From: an uncultured Verrucomicrobiae bacterium
GTDB lineage: Bacteria; Verrucomicrobiota; Verrucomicrobiia; Chthoniobacterales; JAATET01
Direction: 5' to 3'
Assembly (NCBI GenBank): GCA_963719495.1
Contig: CAVRCI010000002.1
Span: forward strand, 64,001 to 128,000
Length of the DNA stretch: 64,000 nucleotides
Each line of letters opens with the position of its first letter. The stretch's first letter is position 1. Under the pieces are notes generated by a model. The model was given only the letters and a program-made list of their open reading frames with translations. It was not told the origin of the DNA and ran no database searches. Below are positions 9,449 through 19,809 of this stretch, piece after piece. The translations under genes were made by a program, and so were the position numbers.

Positions 9449-9787
9449 TTATTGAAATGCATCTGCCGGCATAGGCGCTGGTTCAACGATATTCGCTGGC
9501 GGGGGAGTGTTGGGATCGGGGACTTTAAAGATACGATTTGTATAGGGGTCTCTGACTTCGGTTCCTACTGGAAAGCCTCTAACATCAATATAACCTTTTT
9601 CGGGAGCGTATGGGCTTTGAACGAATCCAGGTTTATTACCGACATTGGTTGCTGATTGAATCTGAGCCGCCTGCTTCATGTCGCTGGAATCCGGATTGGA
9701 GGCGTTACCGTCAACCTGATCGCCAACATTTTTCTCTGAGCAAGCGACCAATGATACAATTATAGCGGTTATGATGAGCTTTTTCAT
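9449..9787 (-). CDS. Lipoprotein
   Basis: MKKLII...LVAC lipobox; GFVQSPYAP...DVRGFP.GTEVRDPYT motif. Confidence 0.8.
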   Translation of the reverse strand: MKKLIITAIIVSLVACSEKNVGDQVDGNASNPDSSDMKQAAQIQSATNVGNKPGFVQSPYAPEKGYIDVRGFPVGTEVRDPYTNRIFKVPDPNTPPPANIVEPAPMPADAFQ

Positions 9788-9980
9788 TATTTTACGGTTA
9801 AATAGGCTAACGTCAAGCTCAGCCACCCTGAGCGGGCGACCAAGCCAACCCCACGGTGAGCTGCAGGTAGCGGGACCGAGCAACCCCAGCCAGCGAAGCG
9901 GCTAGGGGTTGGCTGCAGCGCCTTGTTAGGACTGTATTTCCACGTTTCCCGTTCATTGGAAAGTGCATTGGAACAGTCAC

Positions 9981-10406
9981 TTATTTGAAGTTGTCTGGAT
10001 TTTGAACATGGTCGATGGCTACCCCCTTCTTTTTGGAGCTTCTCTTTGAATAAGTGCAGATGCAAATTAGAAAAGATGCTACGCATGCCGCTTTCAGAAT
10101 AAGCAGCAAGATCGGCTGAAACCAAGCTCTCGTAAATACCTCGATAAAATCTGATAGTCCGAATAAAGCAAATGAGATCGTGCATGCCATCAATATGTCC
10201 TGATCTCCCCGACTCTTTTTGCGGTTATTGAGAAATGCAAAGGCGATCGCCAGCCAGAATACTCCTTCGATGAGATTGAATATCTGGTCTAATTCAAGTC
10301 GGGGTATTCGAATAGCGATAAATCCAAGAATCATTGAAGCGATTGCGACTCCCCATATTCCGAATTCCAAAAATGCGGTAGGGAATGCAGTGTATTGCTT
10401 CTTCAT
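9981..10406 (-). CDS. Membrane protein
   Basis: Four hydrophobic segments; ATG just after R' box. Confidence 0.75.
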   Translation of the reverse strand: MKKQYTAFPTAFLEFGIWGVAIASMILGFIAIRIPRLELDQIFNLIEGVFWLAIAFAFLNNRKKSRGDQDILMACTISFALFGLSDFIEVFTRAWFQPILLLILKAACVASFLICICTYSKRSSKKKGVAIDHVQNPDNFK

Positions 10407-10544
10407 GAGTCCTAACGTCAAGCTCAGCCACCCTGAGCGGGCAACCGAGCCAACCCCACGGTGAGCTGCCAAAAGCGGGGCCGAGCAACCCCAGCCAGCG
10501 AAGCGGCTAGGGGTTGGCTGCAGCGCCTTGTTAGGCACGTATTT

Positions 10545-10802
10545 TTAGAGCGGTGCGATGGGGAGCAGCGGCTTTTCCTGTCTCGCGCGGTTCCAGTCCT
10601 CACGCAATTCATCAAGATGTTGGATTCTCCATTCGTCGACGAGTTGAAGTGCCTTTTTTGGGAGGCTACCTTCGTAGATCAGTCCGGTCTCAATCTCGAT
10701 GAGTGCTTCGTGCTCACCGTAGATGGCATGAAAATGGGTTGGTGGGTGATCTCGGTAGTAGAAGCGAATCCGGATCCCGTAGAATCTGCTTACTTCAGGC
10801 AT
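10545..10802 (-). CDS. DUF4160 family protein (TA component)
   Basis: MPEVSRFYGIRIRFYYRDHPPTHFHAIYG...IAPL signature. Confidence 0.88.
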   Translation of the reverse strand: MPEVSRFYGIRIRFYYRDHPPTHFHAIYGEHEALIEIETGLIYEGSLPKKALQLVDEWRIQHLDELREDWNRARQEKPLLPIAPL

Positions 10803-11055
10803 GTTGCACTCCTGATGGAATTGCTCCTGTGATCTCCCGGTATGCAGCATCTGAGCATATCTCAAGATCCTCTGACCATGCGATCTGTCCGAACTCTGCG
10901 ATGTGAACTGTGTTGAAGAATGCCTGGTCTGATAATGAAGAAAATACTCCAGATCGAACAGATTCAGACATATCAATCTGCCCCGTCGTGCCATCGGGAT
11001 ACGAGACCTCAACCTTGTAGTCGGGAAGGGGAGTTACCTTGTAAGGCCTGTTCAT
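10795..11055 (-). CDS. DUF2442 family protein (TA component)
   Basis: V.PLPDYKVEVSYPDG...FSSLSD..FF..V......IAW...LEICSD. Confidence 0.85.
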   Translation of the reverse strand: MNRPYKVTPLPDYKVEVSYPDGTTGQIDMSESVRSGVFSSLSDQAFFNTVHIAEFGQIAWSEDLEICSDAAYREITGAIPSGVQHA

Positions 11056-11274
11056 GCGTCTATAAGGTTATACTGACCTTCCGCATTTGAGAAGCCAGAG
11101 TTTTTTCACGGATGATGGACGAACATGAATTGCATTTCTCATCCGTCGGAGACTGCCCAACGTCAAGCTCAGCCACCCTGAGCGGGTGATCGAGCCAACC
11201 CTGAGGTGAGCTGCCGGTAGCGGGACCGAGCAACCCCAGCCAGCGAAGCGGCTAGGGGTTGGCTGCAGCGCCTT

Positions 11275-11940
11275 GTTAGGCCCGAGGGCGATCTGCTGCC
11301 CAGAACAATCTTGATCTCCAATGAGCCAACCCCGGAACTGATCTGTGAAGCACATATTCTCATCGGCTGACGAAGATAGGAAACCTCAATTCTTACCAAA
11401 AAAAATTCGACCTGCGGTGCTTTCTCGTTTTGGAACCAATGAAGTTTTCGCCTGTCGGTGAATTGAGCTGCGAGCGGGTCGAAAGGGCAAGTCATCCGCC
11501 GGAGGCTATCTCGTGGGAGATGGGGTGGAATCGGAGGGATCAAACTACGCTAAATGGAGCCGATCTGGTCATGAATGGCTCTGCAGGCAAGAGCTGATGG
11601 GCGGTCTATCGAGCAAAGTGCAGCGTTGTCCGATTGCGAGGTCGTCATGGTCGCTGCTCTGAGCGGGCCATGATGACCGGTCGATCTACAAGGCATGAAT
11701 CTCCAACTTCCCAGAGTCAGGTGATCGAGCATCACCCGGACTTGCTCGAACAACAGGTGTATAGATTTGTGGGCGTCTTGGGCAGGTGATGCGAGCCGAT
11801 CTGGAGTGATCCGGGGGATGAGAGGGTGAAAGGGCTGTCCCTCCGGGTCAGCTCCCGATCGGCGGTCGAGACTCCTGAGAACTTCCGCCTCCCGATGTAT
11901 ATATATCTCATCCGCCGGAGGCTCACAGGTATGGCCGAAC
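11275..11940 (-). other. ORF-less cassette family G
   Basis: No convincing ORF; homologous to 42878-43267; two GGA-hairpin motifs and one hairpin+T-tract motif. Confidence 0.7.
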
Positions 11941-12067
11941 GTCAAGCTCAGCCACCCTGAGCGGGCAATCAAGCCAACCCTGAGGTGAGCTGCCAGTAGC
12001 GGGACCGAGCAACCCCAGTCAGCGAAGCGGCTAGGGGTTGGCTGCAGCGCCTTGTTAGCCCTGTATT

Positions 12068-12298
12068 TCAGGTATGCAGCAATTCTCGCGCATGGGGGAT
12101 CTCTTCGGACCGAGCCGACCGAATGTCTTCCGACGACACTGTCACGACTGAAGCTGTTCGTCCCGTCAGCGTCACGAACTCGACCTCGTATGCTTCACCA
12201 GATCCGTAAACGTGAACAACAGCCCCGATGTCCCCAATTTCAAGAGAATCAGTGGGAATGGGGCGGGTTAAAATTACCTGTTCGTGTTCTTGGATCAT
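12068..12298 (-). CDS. DUF4926 family protein
   Basis: MIQEHEQVIL...GDIGAVVHVY...YEVEF signature. Confidence 0.85.
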   Translation of the reverse strand: MIQEHEQVILTRPIPTDSLEIGDIGAVVHVYGSGEAYEVEFVTLTGRTASVVTVSSEDIRSARSEEIPHARELLHT

Positions 12299-12304
12299 GA
12301 TGTT

Positions 12305-12637
12305 CTATAGCGGATATGCTGTGACGAGTCTTGGGAAATCTGCGGCCACGTCGACAATCCAAACTGCTCTGATTGTTGGTGATCGACCGTCCGGGCAATT
12401 GAGTGGACCGTCAACTTGGTATTTTGAGCCGTAGGGAGATTCCGAAACTCCTGTTACCGAGTTGCTCATCGCGTGCGCAATCAACGACCCCGCAAGAATG
12501 TGCCAGTCGTCGACTGTGAATCCGAACGAAGCGAAAAAGATCGCCTTCCCGCGGCCTTCGGGATGGGACGTGGCGAGGAGATACTCTGTGACCTTATCCT
12601 TCTGGATTTGAGCGTTGGGGATGTTTGGTAAAGTCAC
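12305..12637 (-). CDS. DUF6883-like putative toxin
   Basis: KVTEYLL..HPEG.GKA.FF...GF...W....PRLVTAYP; paired with DUF4926. Confidence 0.8.
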   Translation of the reverse strand: MTLPNIPNAQIQKDKVTEYLLATSHPEGRGKAIFFASFGFTVDDWHILAGSLIAHAMSNSVTGVSESPYGSKYQVDGPLNCPDGRSPTIRAVWIVDVAADFPRLVTAYPL

Positions 12638-12812
12638 TACTGGGTTTTACTATCTGACGGCGCCGAGGGCGATCTCTTTAATGGGCTAACGTCAAGCTCA
12701 GCCACACTGAGCGGACAATCGAGCCAACCCCATGGTGAGCTGCCAATAGGGGGACCGAACAACCCCAGCCAGCGAAGCGGCTAGGGGTTGGCTGCAGCGC
12801 CTTGGTAGCTCT

Positions 12813-13094
12813 TTATTTATTCAGGCGACGCATGATCCGCTCGGGATCGGATCGAAGATCGATGATCGCCTGCACGAATATGCGATTCCCTTCAATGGTA
12901 TAAAAGATTCCGAATGGAGATTTTGGAATGAGTAATCGACGAAATGGCTCAGAGTAAATTGGGCCCGACTTCGGAAAGCGGCCGATCTGGGCGATGCGAT
13001 CTTCGAATGCGATGTAAAAGGTGTCTCCGCGATCCGAGTAGATCTCCAAGAATTCGATTTCGGCACCGAGAAGAAGTTCAACTGCGAACCCCAT
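12813..13094 (-). CDS. parE: ParE/RelE toxin
   Basis: FP.SG......RRLLI...PFGIFY.......VQAIIDLRSDP. Confidence 0.85.
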   Translation of the reverse strand: MGFAVELLLGAEIEFLEIYSDRGDTFYIAFEDRIAQIGRFPKSGPIYSEPFRRLLIPKSPFGIFYTIEGNRIFVQAIIDLRSDPERIMRRLNK

Positions 13095-13304
13095 CTACTT
13101 CCCGATTCGGCGCTTGATCGTTTCCCATGGTGTTGAGGAATGTAGACCAGACTTGAAGGCCGAGTATCGTTCTTTGAGGATCTCGACAATGAGAGGATCT
13201 GGTTCAAGTGTCTCGGATATCGAGACTTGCGCCCACAGCTCGGTTGCCAGCTCAAACTTCTGGTCGTCCGTAAGCTGTTCGATTTCTGGTAGCTGCTCGA
13301 TCAT
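13095..13304 (-). CDS. Addiction module antitoxin
   Basis: LT.DQK.ELA.ELW...PWE.IK pattern. Confidence 0.85.
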   Translation of the reverse strand: MIEQLPEIEQLTDDQKFELATELWAQVSISETLEPDPLIVEILKERYSAFKSGLHSSTPWETIKRRIGK

Positions 13305-13310
13305 TTTCGT

Positions 13311-13339
13311 AAACTAGCCGGTAACTCGAAAGATGGCAA
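13311..13339 (-). promoter_or_regulatory. sigma70-like promoter, predicted leaderless
   Basis: TTGCCA-17-TAGTTT-6 nt-ATG. Confidence 0.65.
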
Positions 13340-13477
13340 TTCCCAGATTCATGGAGCTAACGTCAAGCTCAGCCACCCTGAGTGGGGCAACGAACGTCTA
13401 GGCAAGATGTTTGCTGGAAGGGGGATCGGTCGGCCAAGGCTTGCCGGTGATCGGCTAGGGGTTGGCTGCAGCGCCCT

Positions 13478-13759
13478 GGTCGTCGTGACGGGTCGCAGCG
13501 GAAGTGGCAATCAATAGCGTCCGGCAGGAACACGATACGGAAGTCGGGAAGAGCGTGATTTGCTGTAGGAGGTCCGAGTCACTGAGGGCATGCACATATC
13601 TCCTCGTGATGGCGAAAGCGTGGCTGAAAAAGACAGACAAACGAGATTACCAGGAAAGCAGAGGGATGCGGAACGATGAGGAGATGATGAGAACGATACT
13701 CGGACGAATAAGATCTTAAGGTCCTAAACCGGGTGTTCAAATCAATATATTAGGCGACC
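13478..13759 (-). other. Cassette family E
   Basis: GGT/ACC cores; similar to 52731-53012. Confidence 0.75.
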
Positions 13760-13883
13760 GTCAAGCTCAGCCACCCTGAACGGATGACCGAGCCAACCCC
13801 CAGGTGAGCTGCCAGTGGCGGGAACGAGCAACCCCAGCCAGCGAAGCGGCTAGGGGTTGGCTGCAGCGCCTTGTTCGGCTGTA

Positions 13884-14138
13884 TTACCTATCAGCCTTAC
13901 TGACATCGATCACCATCACGGCCTTCACAGCTTCATCAACCCAGTAGGTCACTGCGAAATCACCGATGATCTTCACCTGCCGATCTCGCATGGTAGCGTC
14001 TCTATCTATAAAATCTCCCGGAGAGTCAGAGTGATCGGAGAGTCCTGCAATGAATCGCATAACGTTTCGGCGCTGGGTTCCAGACTTGGGAACCTGATCC
14101 AGAAGATCGACATGCACGAATACGTCATACTGTGACAC
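13884..14138 (-). CDS. Putative RelE-like toxin
   Basis: Homologous to 34369-34632; second gene of small bicistron; start uncertain. Confidence 0.6.
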   Translation of the reverse strand: MSQYDVFVHVDLLDQVPKSGTQRRNVMRFIAGLSDHSDSPGDFIDRDATMRDRQVKIIGDFAVTYWVDEAVKAVMVIDVSKADR

Positions 14139-14145
14139 GAGCTTA

Positions 14146-14343
14146 CTACTGCTGATCAAGCTGCTGCTCGAACTCGCTTGGAGTCAACCAATGGGAAGAA
14201 TCGGAATCCTTGATGCGACTAGACAGAACTGACTGATAATCAGTGTCATGCGAGTGCCTGAGGTGGAATAGGAAGGCCGTGACTTCTCTTTGTTCGCCGT
14301 CAGAGAGGGCAGTCAATCCTCGCTTGATGTCTTCAACACTCAT
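14146..14343 (-). CDS. Putative antitoxin
   Basis: Homologous to 34629-34823; promoter TTGCCG-16-TACTCT-6-ATG. Confidence 0.65.
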   Translation of the reverse strand: MSVEDIKRGLTALSDGEQREVTAFLFHLRHSHDTDYQSVLSSRIKDSDSSHWLTPSEFEQQLDQQ

Positions 14344-14565
14344 AACGAAAGAGTAATCCGAATATTTTGGGCGGCAAGCTACACTTCAGAGCCGAACGTC
14401 AAGCTCAGCCACCCTGAGCGGACAAACAAGCCAACCCTTAGGTGAGCTGCCAATAGCGGGAACGAGCAACCCCAGCCAGCGAAGCGGCTAGGGGTTGGCT
14501 GCAGCGCCTTGTTCGGCTGCATTGGAAGCTCTATTAATCTTCGCAACAATCCAGACGATAAATGT

Positions 14566-15828
14566 CAGGGCCGACGCATCAAAAAAGATCGCGATGGAGG
14601 AAGTTTGGGCTGGTCCTATATTTTCCCGTGCGTAGATGGAGGAGATGCCCGAAACGCATCCCATCCAAAAAAGCCTGATCGAAGAGTTCAAACGCATAGA
14701 AGATCCGCGAGTATCGCGCACTCGCTACCATGAGTTGAGCGACATTCTAGTGATCGCGATCTCGACGCTTTTGTGCGCGGGCACGTCTTTCTACGACATG
14801 GAAGAGTTCGGTCGGGCCAAGGAAAAATGGTTCCGAACGTTTCTGAAGTTGCCCAACGGCATCCCCAGCCACGACACGTTCAATCGCGTGTTTTCGCTGA
14901 TCAATCCGGCGAGTTTTCACGAGTGCTTCATGAGGTGGACGCAGAGCGTGCGCGAACACATCGACCGGGAAATCGTCGCCGTCGACGGCAAAGCCCTCCG
15001 CGCAGCCTGCCAGGACGGCGGGAATGTGCGCTTCATCGTCAATGCTTGGGCAACCAGCAATCGACTTGTCCTGGGGCAGCTCGAAGTGCCCGACAAAACC
15101 AACGAAATCACGGCGGTTCCCACGCTGCTGCGAGCGTTGGAACTGCGTGGCTGCATCGTGAGCACCGACGCGATGGGGTGCCAGAAAGAGATCGCCCGAG
15201 AAATCATCGAGGCCGACGCCGATTACGTTCTTGCTCTCAAAGGCAATCACCAAACCGTCCATGAGGAAGTCAAAAGCTTCCTCGATGCCGAATTTGATCG
15301 CGAGCTCCAGAGCCCTCCAGTGCCCAAACCATCCACGAAGAAACCACCAAGCGCTCCCACTTTCGCATTCCTGGAAACCGTCGACAAAGGCCACGGGCGC
15401 TTGGAAATCCGGCGCTATTTCCAAAGCGTCGCCATCGACTGGTTCGCAGACATCAGCCAATGGGAAGGGCTGCAGAGCGTCGGAATGGTCGAATCCAGCC
15501 GCGAAATCAAAGGTCAAATCAGCGTGGAAAGACGCTACTTCCTGAGCAGCCTGCCCCTCGACGTCGGACTTTTCGCTCAAGCCGTCCGTGGACATTGGGG
15601 CGTGGAAAACTCCTGCCACTGGGTCTTGGACGTCATCCTGCGCGAAGATGGTTCCCGCGCCCGAACCGCTCACGCCGCCGAGAATCTCGCCACCCTGCGC
15701 CGCCTCGCCCTAAACCTGCTCTCTCGCGAAAAGTCCAAAAAACGCAGCATCAAGACCAAACAACTCGTCGCAGCCTGGGATCACGACTTCCTCCTGCACC
15801 TCCTCAATTTTTAGATGCGTCGGCCCTG
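14566..15828 (+). mobile_element. ISAs1 family element
   Basis: IR CAGGGCCGACGCATC at both ends; 10 bp target duplication CGATAAATGT. Confidence 0.95.
14636..15814 (+). CDS. ISAs1 transposase
   Basis: DPR, GIPSHDTF, AVDGK, NEITA, DAMGCQ, LKGN, HGRLE.R, HWGVEN motifs. Confidence 0.95.
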   Translation: MEEMPETHPIQKSLIEEFKRIEDPRVSRTRYHELSDILVIAISTLLCAGTSFYDMEEFGRAKEKWFRTFLKLPNGIPSHDTFNRVFSLINPASFHECFMRWTQSVREHIDREIVAVDGKALRAACQDGGNVRFIVNAWATSNRLVLGQLEVPDKTNEITAVPTLLRALELRGCIVSTDAMGCQKEIAREIIEADADYVLALKGNHQTVHEEVKSFLDAEFDRELQSPPVPKPSTKKPPSAPTFAFLETVDKGHGRLEIRRYFQSVAIDWFADISQWEGLQSVGMVESSREIKGQISVERRYFLSSLPLDVGLFAQAVRGHWGVENSCHWVLDVILREDGSRARTAHAAENLATLRRLALNLLSREKSKKRSIKTKQLVAAWDHDFLLHLLNF

Positions 15829-16330
15829 CGATAAATGTAGTGACGAGCGCTAGAAGCCCGAACCCGGAAATTGCTAGACCAAAAGAGGACGTGATGAGAA
15901 CTCCAGAAATATTCGTTGCCAGTTCCTTTGGATCCGCGACCCCTGAAGATCGCATGTGATCTCTGAACGAATACATGTTGTGAGCGAGACCTGCTGCGAA
16001 AATAGCGAATCCGCCGAGAAATGCCGTTGCAGATGAAGTGAAGGCCATAAAATACGGGTTTCTCATGATTAGAATGTTGTCGCCTGCTTAAGATTATACC
16101 GACTCGACGCGACCTCCATCGTATTGCGTGCCGGAGTCTGGATATGGAGTAAAAGAACTGGTTGGTTGCGTTACGAGTTGCTTAGGAATAGATCATCCAC
16201 CGGAGGTCGAGCCGAACGTCAAGCTCAGCCACCCTGAGCGGGCGACCAAGCCAACCCCCAGGTGAGCTGCCAGTAGCGGGACCGAGCAACCCCAGCCAGC
16301 GAAGCGGCTAGGGGTTGGCTGCAGCGCCTT

Positions 16331-16836
16331 GTTCGACGCGCATCTGTTCAAACTACGGATATCGTGACTTCCTCAAGCCGACCCCTCCGTATCTCTACCG
16401 AAGGCACTTCCACAATGAACATAGAATCTCAGGAAAGGCTCCGCAATCGAGGTTAGTAAATTGCGCCTGGAAGATTGTATGGGGGTTGAAGCGCAATTGG
16501 AAACGAGGGGCGGGAATCAAGCTCACAAATATTCGCCTGGAAGATTGTTGGTAATGGGAAGCTGAATTGGAACGGAGGGAAGGGAATCAGGCTCACCAAT
16601 ATGCGCTTGGAAGGATTCTGGGGGCTTCTGGTGACTTCCAAGTGATTGTTCGAAATCACCAAAATATTATCCACGGTGGGCAACTCTGAGCGCCGCCTAG
16701 CCATCGCGTATACCTCCAGCGCTGGTCGAAAATAGAGGGACCGACGGTCTCAAGCTGGATCTGGTCTAGTCTGATTTCGTCCGGACAACTGTAATCAAAA
16801 AATAGTCATCCGCCGGAGGCTCACAATGAGTCGAAC
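16331..16836 (-). other. ORF-less cassette family A (diverged)
   Basis: Ends match 4400-4900; internal repeat retained. Confidence 0.8.
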
Positions 16837-16950
16837 GTCAAGCTCAGCCACCCTGAGCGGGTGACCGAGCCAACCCTTAGGTGAGCTGCCAGTAGCGGGA
16901 CCGAGCAACCCCAGCCAGCGAAGCGGCTAGGGGTTGGCTGCAGCGCCTTG

Positions 16951-17283
16951 TTAGCCTGTATTTGATTGTTTTTCTAACTGGAGAATAATTCTTGCCATCG
17001 CTCTGTCTTCAAAAATAGAAAAAGTGTGGAAGACGGCGACCAGAAACAATACAGTCGAGAGTCGTGAAGAGTCACCCGTCGACAAGAGAATGATAGCAAG
17101 TGTGATCAAAAGAGTCGGACCAGTGAGTTGCCACCAAGAGTATTTCGGATCAATGCGTTTTAGCAGGCGTCTCTCGATCCAACTGCGCCCCTCAAATTTT
17201 ATCTGAGTGCAACTGGGGCTCGGTGGTCTCAGCTCGAATCTGGTCCGTGGCGGTTCCGGGACTGTCCATTTGAAAGTGTTCAT
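16951..17283 (-). CDS. Hypothetical membrane protein
   Basis: ORF stops in R'' box; two hydrophobic segments. Confidence 0.6.
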   Translation of the reverse strand: MNTFKWTVPEPPRTRFELRPPSPSCTQIKFEGRSWIERRLLKRIDPKYSWWQLTGPTLLITLAIILLSTGDSSRLSTVLFLVAVFHTFSIFEDRAMARIILQLEKQSNTG

Positions 17284-17522
17284 TAGAGGCTTAAGTTAAA
17301 AATTTGGGCGCGTCGAAGAGTTGATCGACTGCTTTGTCCGAATGGGTCGATGTAATGTCGGAGGCGATTGAACGATGATATATATTCACTTCGAATTTAT
17401 TTAGGCTAACGTCAAGCACTGTCACCCCGAACGGGTGTGCGAACTACGGGTTGTGATCAACTGGAGGAAAGTCGTGGACAAAAGTTGGCAGCGGCGCGGC
17501 TAGGGGTTGGCTGCTGCGCCTT

Positions 17523-18043
17523 GTTAGACTCGTATTCGTATTGAGATGCTGCCGCCTATGGTGAAAATGATGGAGTTGGTTTCACCAGTTGCATTTGAAT
17601 GGAGTCCGAAATGATACGGCAACAGGAAGTGATGTCAGCTTCAAGATTGAAACGAAGCAGTATGGCGCATGAGTGATTGGAAGCGACAGGGGTGTTTTCC
17701 GAATGTATGAATTCCGATCCGTTCGGTAGCTGGATGCATAGGACTTGAGTCGTTTCGTTTGGTTATCGTTGGGTCCGGCAGTCTATCCAAATATTCAATA
17801 AGTGGCTTCCTCGTGAAAGGCACCTTAATTCTCAACGCAAACTCCGTGAAAAGTGACAGGTTAGCGAAAATGCAGAGTTTCAGAGGCAGAAACACGATGT
17901 TCAAAAATTGTCAAAAAAAATCGGGTGCTGCGCACCAAATATGACTCGTCTTCGCCTCGTTTGGGGTCCGGGCTCATCATTGCGGGTGGCAAACAAGTTG
18001 GAGTTACTCGGAGTCATTCCGCCGGAGGCTCATGGAGTCTAAC
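17523..18043 (-). other. ORF-less cassette family B
   Basis: Same length and blocks as 7891-8411. Confidence 0.75.
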
Positions 18044-18157
18044 GTCAAGCTCAGCCACCCTGAGCGGGCAATCAAGCCAACCCTGAGGTGAGCTGCCAAT
18101 AGCGGGACCGAGCAACCCCAGCCAGCGAAGCGGCTAGGGGTTGGCTGCAGCGCCTTG

Positions 18158-18475
18158 TTAGGGCTGTATTTGTATGTAGCTGCCTCTAGTAGAATCCGAG
18201 ATCGCTGTCTTTAGGTCTTCAAGGCGCTCTTCAATTAGTTCGAGGAGTGTGAACGGGAGTTCGATAATCGATACGATGCGACCGGAAAGATTCTGTTGGT
18301 ATCGTAAACTCTTGTCTCCGGTCACCAGAATATCGATCTGACCATCAATCAGTCTTATGAGTGCGCCGTTCTTGACTCCGTCCCATCCCTTGTATCGAAC
18401 CGTGACCACATCGAATTCGGGCAGCAGCAACCGGAGATCAATCGGAAGATTCTCGTCAAGAATGACTGTTTTCAC
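18158..18475 (-). CDS. DUF5615 PIN-like toxin
   Basis: ILDENLP...GWDGVKNGAL...LVTGDKSLRYQQNL. Confidence 0.85.
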   Translation of the reverse strand: MKTVILDENLPIDLRLLLPEFDVVTVRYKGWDGVKNGALIRLIDGQIDILVTGDKSLRYQQNLSGRIVSIIELPFTLLELIEERLEDLKTAISDSTRGSYIQIQP

Positions 18476-18668
18476 GGACCAATTTCAGAAACTCAAGGGC
18501 GTCGTCCCTATCCACAGATGGGAACTGCCGAAGAAATGAATCGAGCGAATGCCCTGCATCAATGTAGTCCAGAAGTGATTGAGCCATCACGCGGGTGTCT
18601 CGGAAGACGACGGTTCCTCCAAGGATCTCTGGATCTGAGTGAACTGGACTGTGGTCGAGCGTTACCAT
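18456..18668 (-). CDS. DUF433 antitoxin
   Basis: DPEILGG..VF..TRV....FP.V. Confidence 0.85.
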   Translation of the reverse strand: MVTLDHSPVHSDPEILGGTVVFRDTRVMAQSLLDYIDAGHSLDSFLRQFPSVDRDDALEFLKLVRENSHS

Positions 18669-18842
18669 TCCATAATCGTATTCAGAATCGACGTTTGTGC
18701 AAATTGTATTGAGTCCTAACGTGAAGCTCAGCCACCCTGAGCGGGCAACCAAAGCCAACCCCCAGGTGAGCTGCCAGTAGCGGGACCGAGCAACCCCAGC
18801 CAGCGAAGCGGCTAGGGGTTGGCTGCAGCGCCTTGTTCGGTC

Positions 18843-19151
18843 TCATTTACGCGCTCTCAGTTGCTGACGGATAAAACCCGGTCTGCGAACTGCACCGATC
18901 ACCAAGGCAACGATCAGAATGTCGTGATGGTATCGGTAGAATAGAAAATAAGGAAATGGCTTCACAAGGATCTTTCTAAATCCAGAATAGAACTCGCGGT
19001 ATGCTTCTCCTTCATTGCAGATGTGCGGGATATATGAATAGAAAGTATCAACGAATCGATCTCCAAGCCCTGGATATCCATGCACGTCATACCAGTCAGC
19101 AATTTCGGCAATGTCTTCTGGAACCTCAGGTAAGATTCGAAAATCCTTCAT
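18843..19151 (-). CDS. parE: ParE toxin
   Basis: DI.EI.DWY.....GLG.RF...FPY..FY. Confidence 0.85.
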   Translation of the reverse strand: MKDFRILPEVPEDIAEIADWYDVHGYPGLGDRFVDTFYSYIPHICNEGEAYREFYSGFRKILVKPFPYFLFYRYHHDILIVALVIGAVRRPGFIRQQLRARK

Positions 19152-19372
19152 CCACGAAGTTCTCTGACGCGGGCCTTGCACTCTTCAAGAGTGATCGCTG
19201 AATCGGGATCAGAAATGAAACTCTTCCATCTACCGTCCAAAATAGATCGTTCCTGTTCAGACGCTTCGACGGAATCAGCATTGTGGATGACATCGATCCA
19301 CAACTCGTTAACAAGCTGGAGCTTGTCCCGTGGCGATAAAGCCATAATTTGAGGGAATTCTGCAAGTGTCAT
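19148..19372 (-). CDS. Addiction module antitoxin
   Basis: LSPRDKLQLVNELW; ATGA overlap with toxin. Confidence 0.85.
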   Translation of the reverse strand: MTLAEFPQIMALSPRDKLQLVNELWIDVIHNADSVEASEQERSILDGRWKSFISDPDSAITLEECKARVRELRG

Positions 19373-19548
19373 GAAAGAAATCTACCAAATCTGCCGTGGG
19401 ATGGAATGCAATTCTCAGGACCGAACGTCAAGCTCAGCCACCCTGAGCGGGCAATCAAGCCAACCCTGAGGTGAGCTGCCAATAGCGGGTCCGAGCAACC
19501 CCAGCCAGCGAAGCGGCTAGGGGTTGGCTGCAGCGCCTTGTTGGGTCC

Positions 19549-19809
19549 TCACCGGCTTTTCAGAATTGCGTCGTATTCTGAATGGTGACCGATCCAAATC
19601 CAAACAAGACCTTCAGATCTTTCCTTGGCAATCGCTCTGTAGGTTATTCCGACCCGGGCGCTCCAGAATAATTGGATCTTCTTCAGGTGAATTGACGGAT
19701 GCCGTGGGTTGTCACGGAGGAGAGCGAAGTTCTTATCGGCGAGTGTCCGTATATGAATCGGTAACTGTCGGTAGTGATACCAGAAGTCTGAGGTAGCGAA
19801 GTGCCTCAC
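19549..19809 (-). CDS. RelE/ParE-like toxin
   Basis: Homologue of 2691-2951. Confidence 0.85.
   Translation of the reverse strand: MRHFATSDFWYHYRQLPIHIRTLADKNFALLRDNPRHPSIHLKKIQLFWSARVGITYRAIAKERSEGLVWIWIGHHSEYDAILKSR

Larger units (their letters stand above)
14488..16066 (-). pseudogene. MotA/TolQ/ExbB-like small membrane protein interrupted by ISAs1
   Basis: Removing IS joins ...ADPKELATNISGVLITSSFGLAI...LVTTFI to VWIVAKINRAS. Confidence 0.7.

Noticed and set aside
9787..10538. ORF extensions reading PNKALQPTPSRF, ARSGWLSLT, VAELDVR, RRCSQPLA
   Set aside because: These are translations of attC; starts were moved to the first plausible codon inside each cassette.
13504..13719. Plus-strand 71 aa ORF in family E
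   Set aside because: Frameshifted in the 52731 copy and not matched in the 8922 copy.
14747..15673. Long antisense/alternate ORFs inside IS elements (also 6198-6731, 41028-41807, 41267-41950)
   Set aside because: Shadow frames of GC-rich transposase genes.
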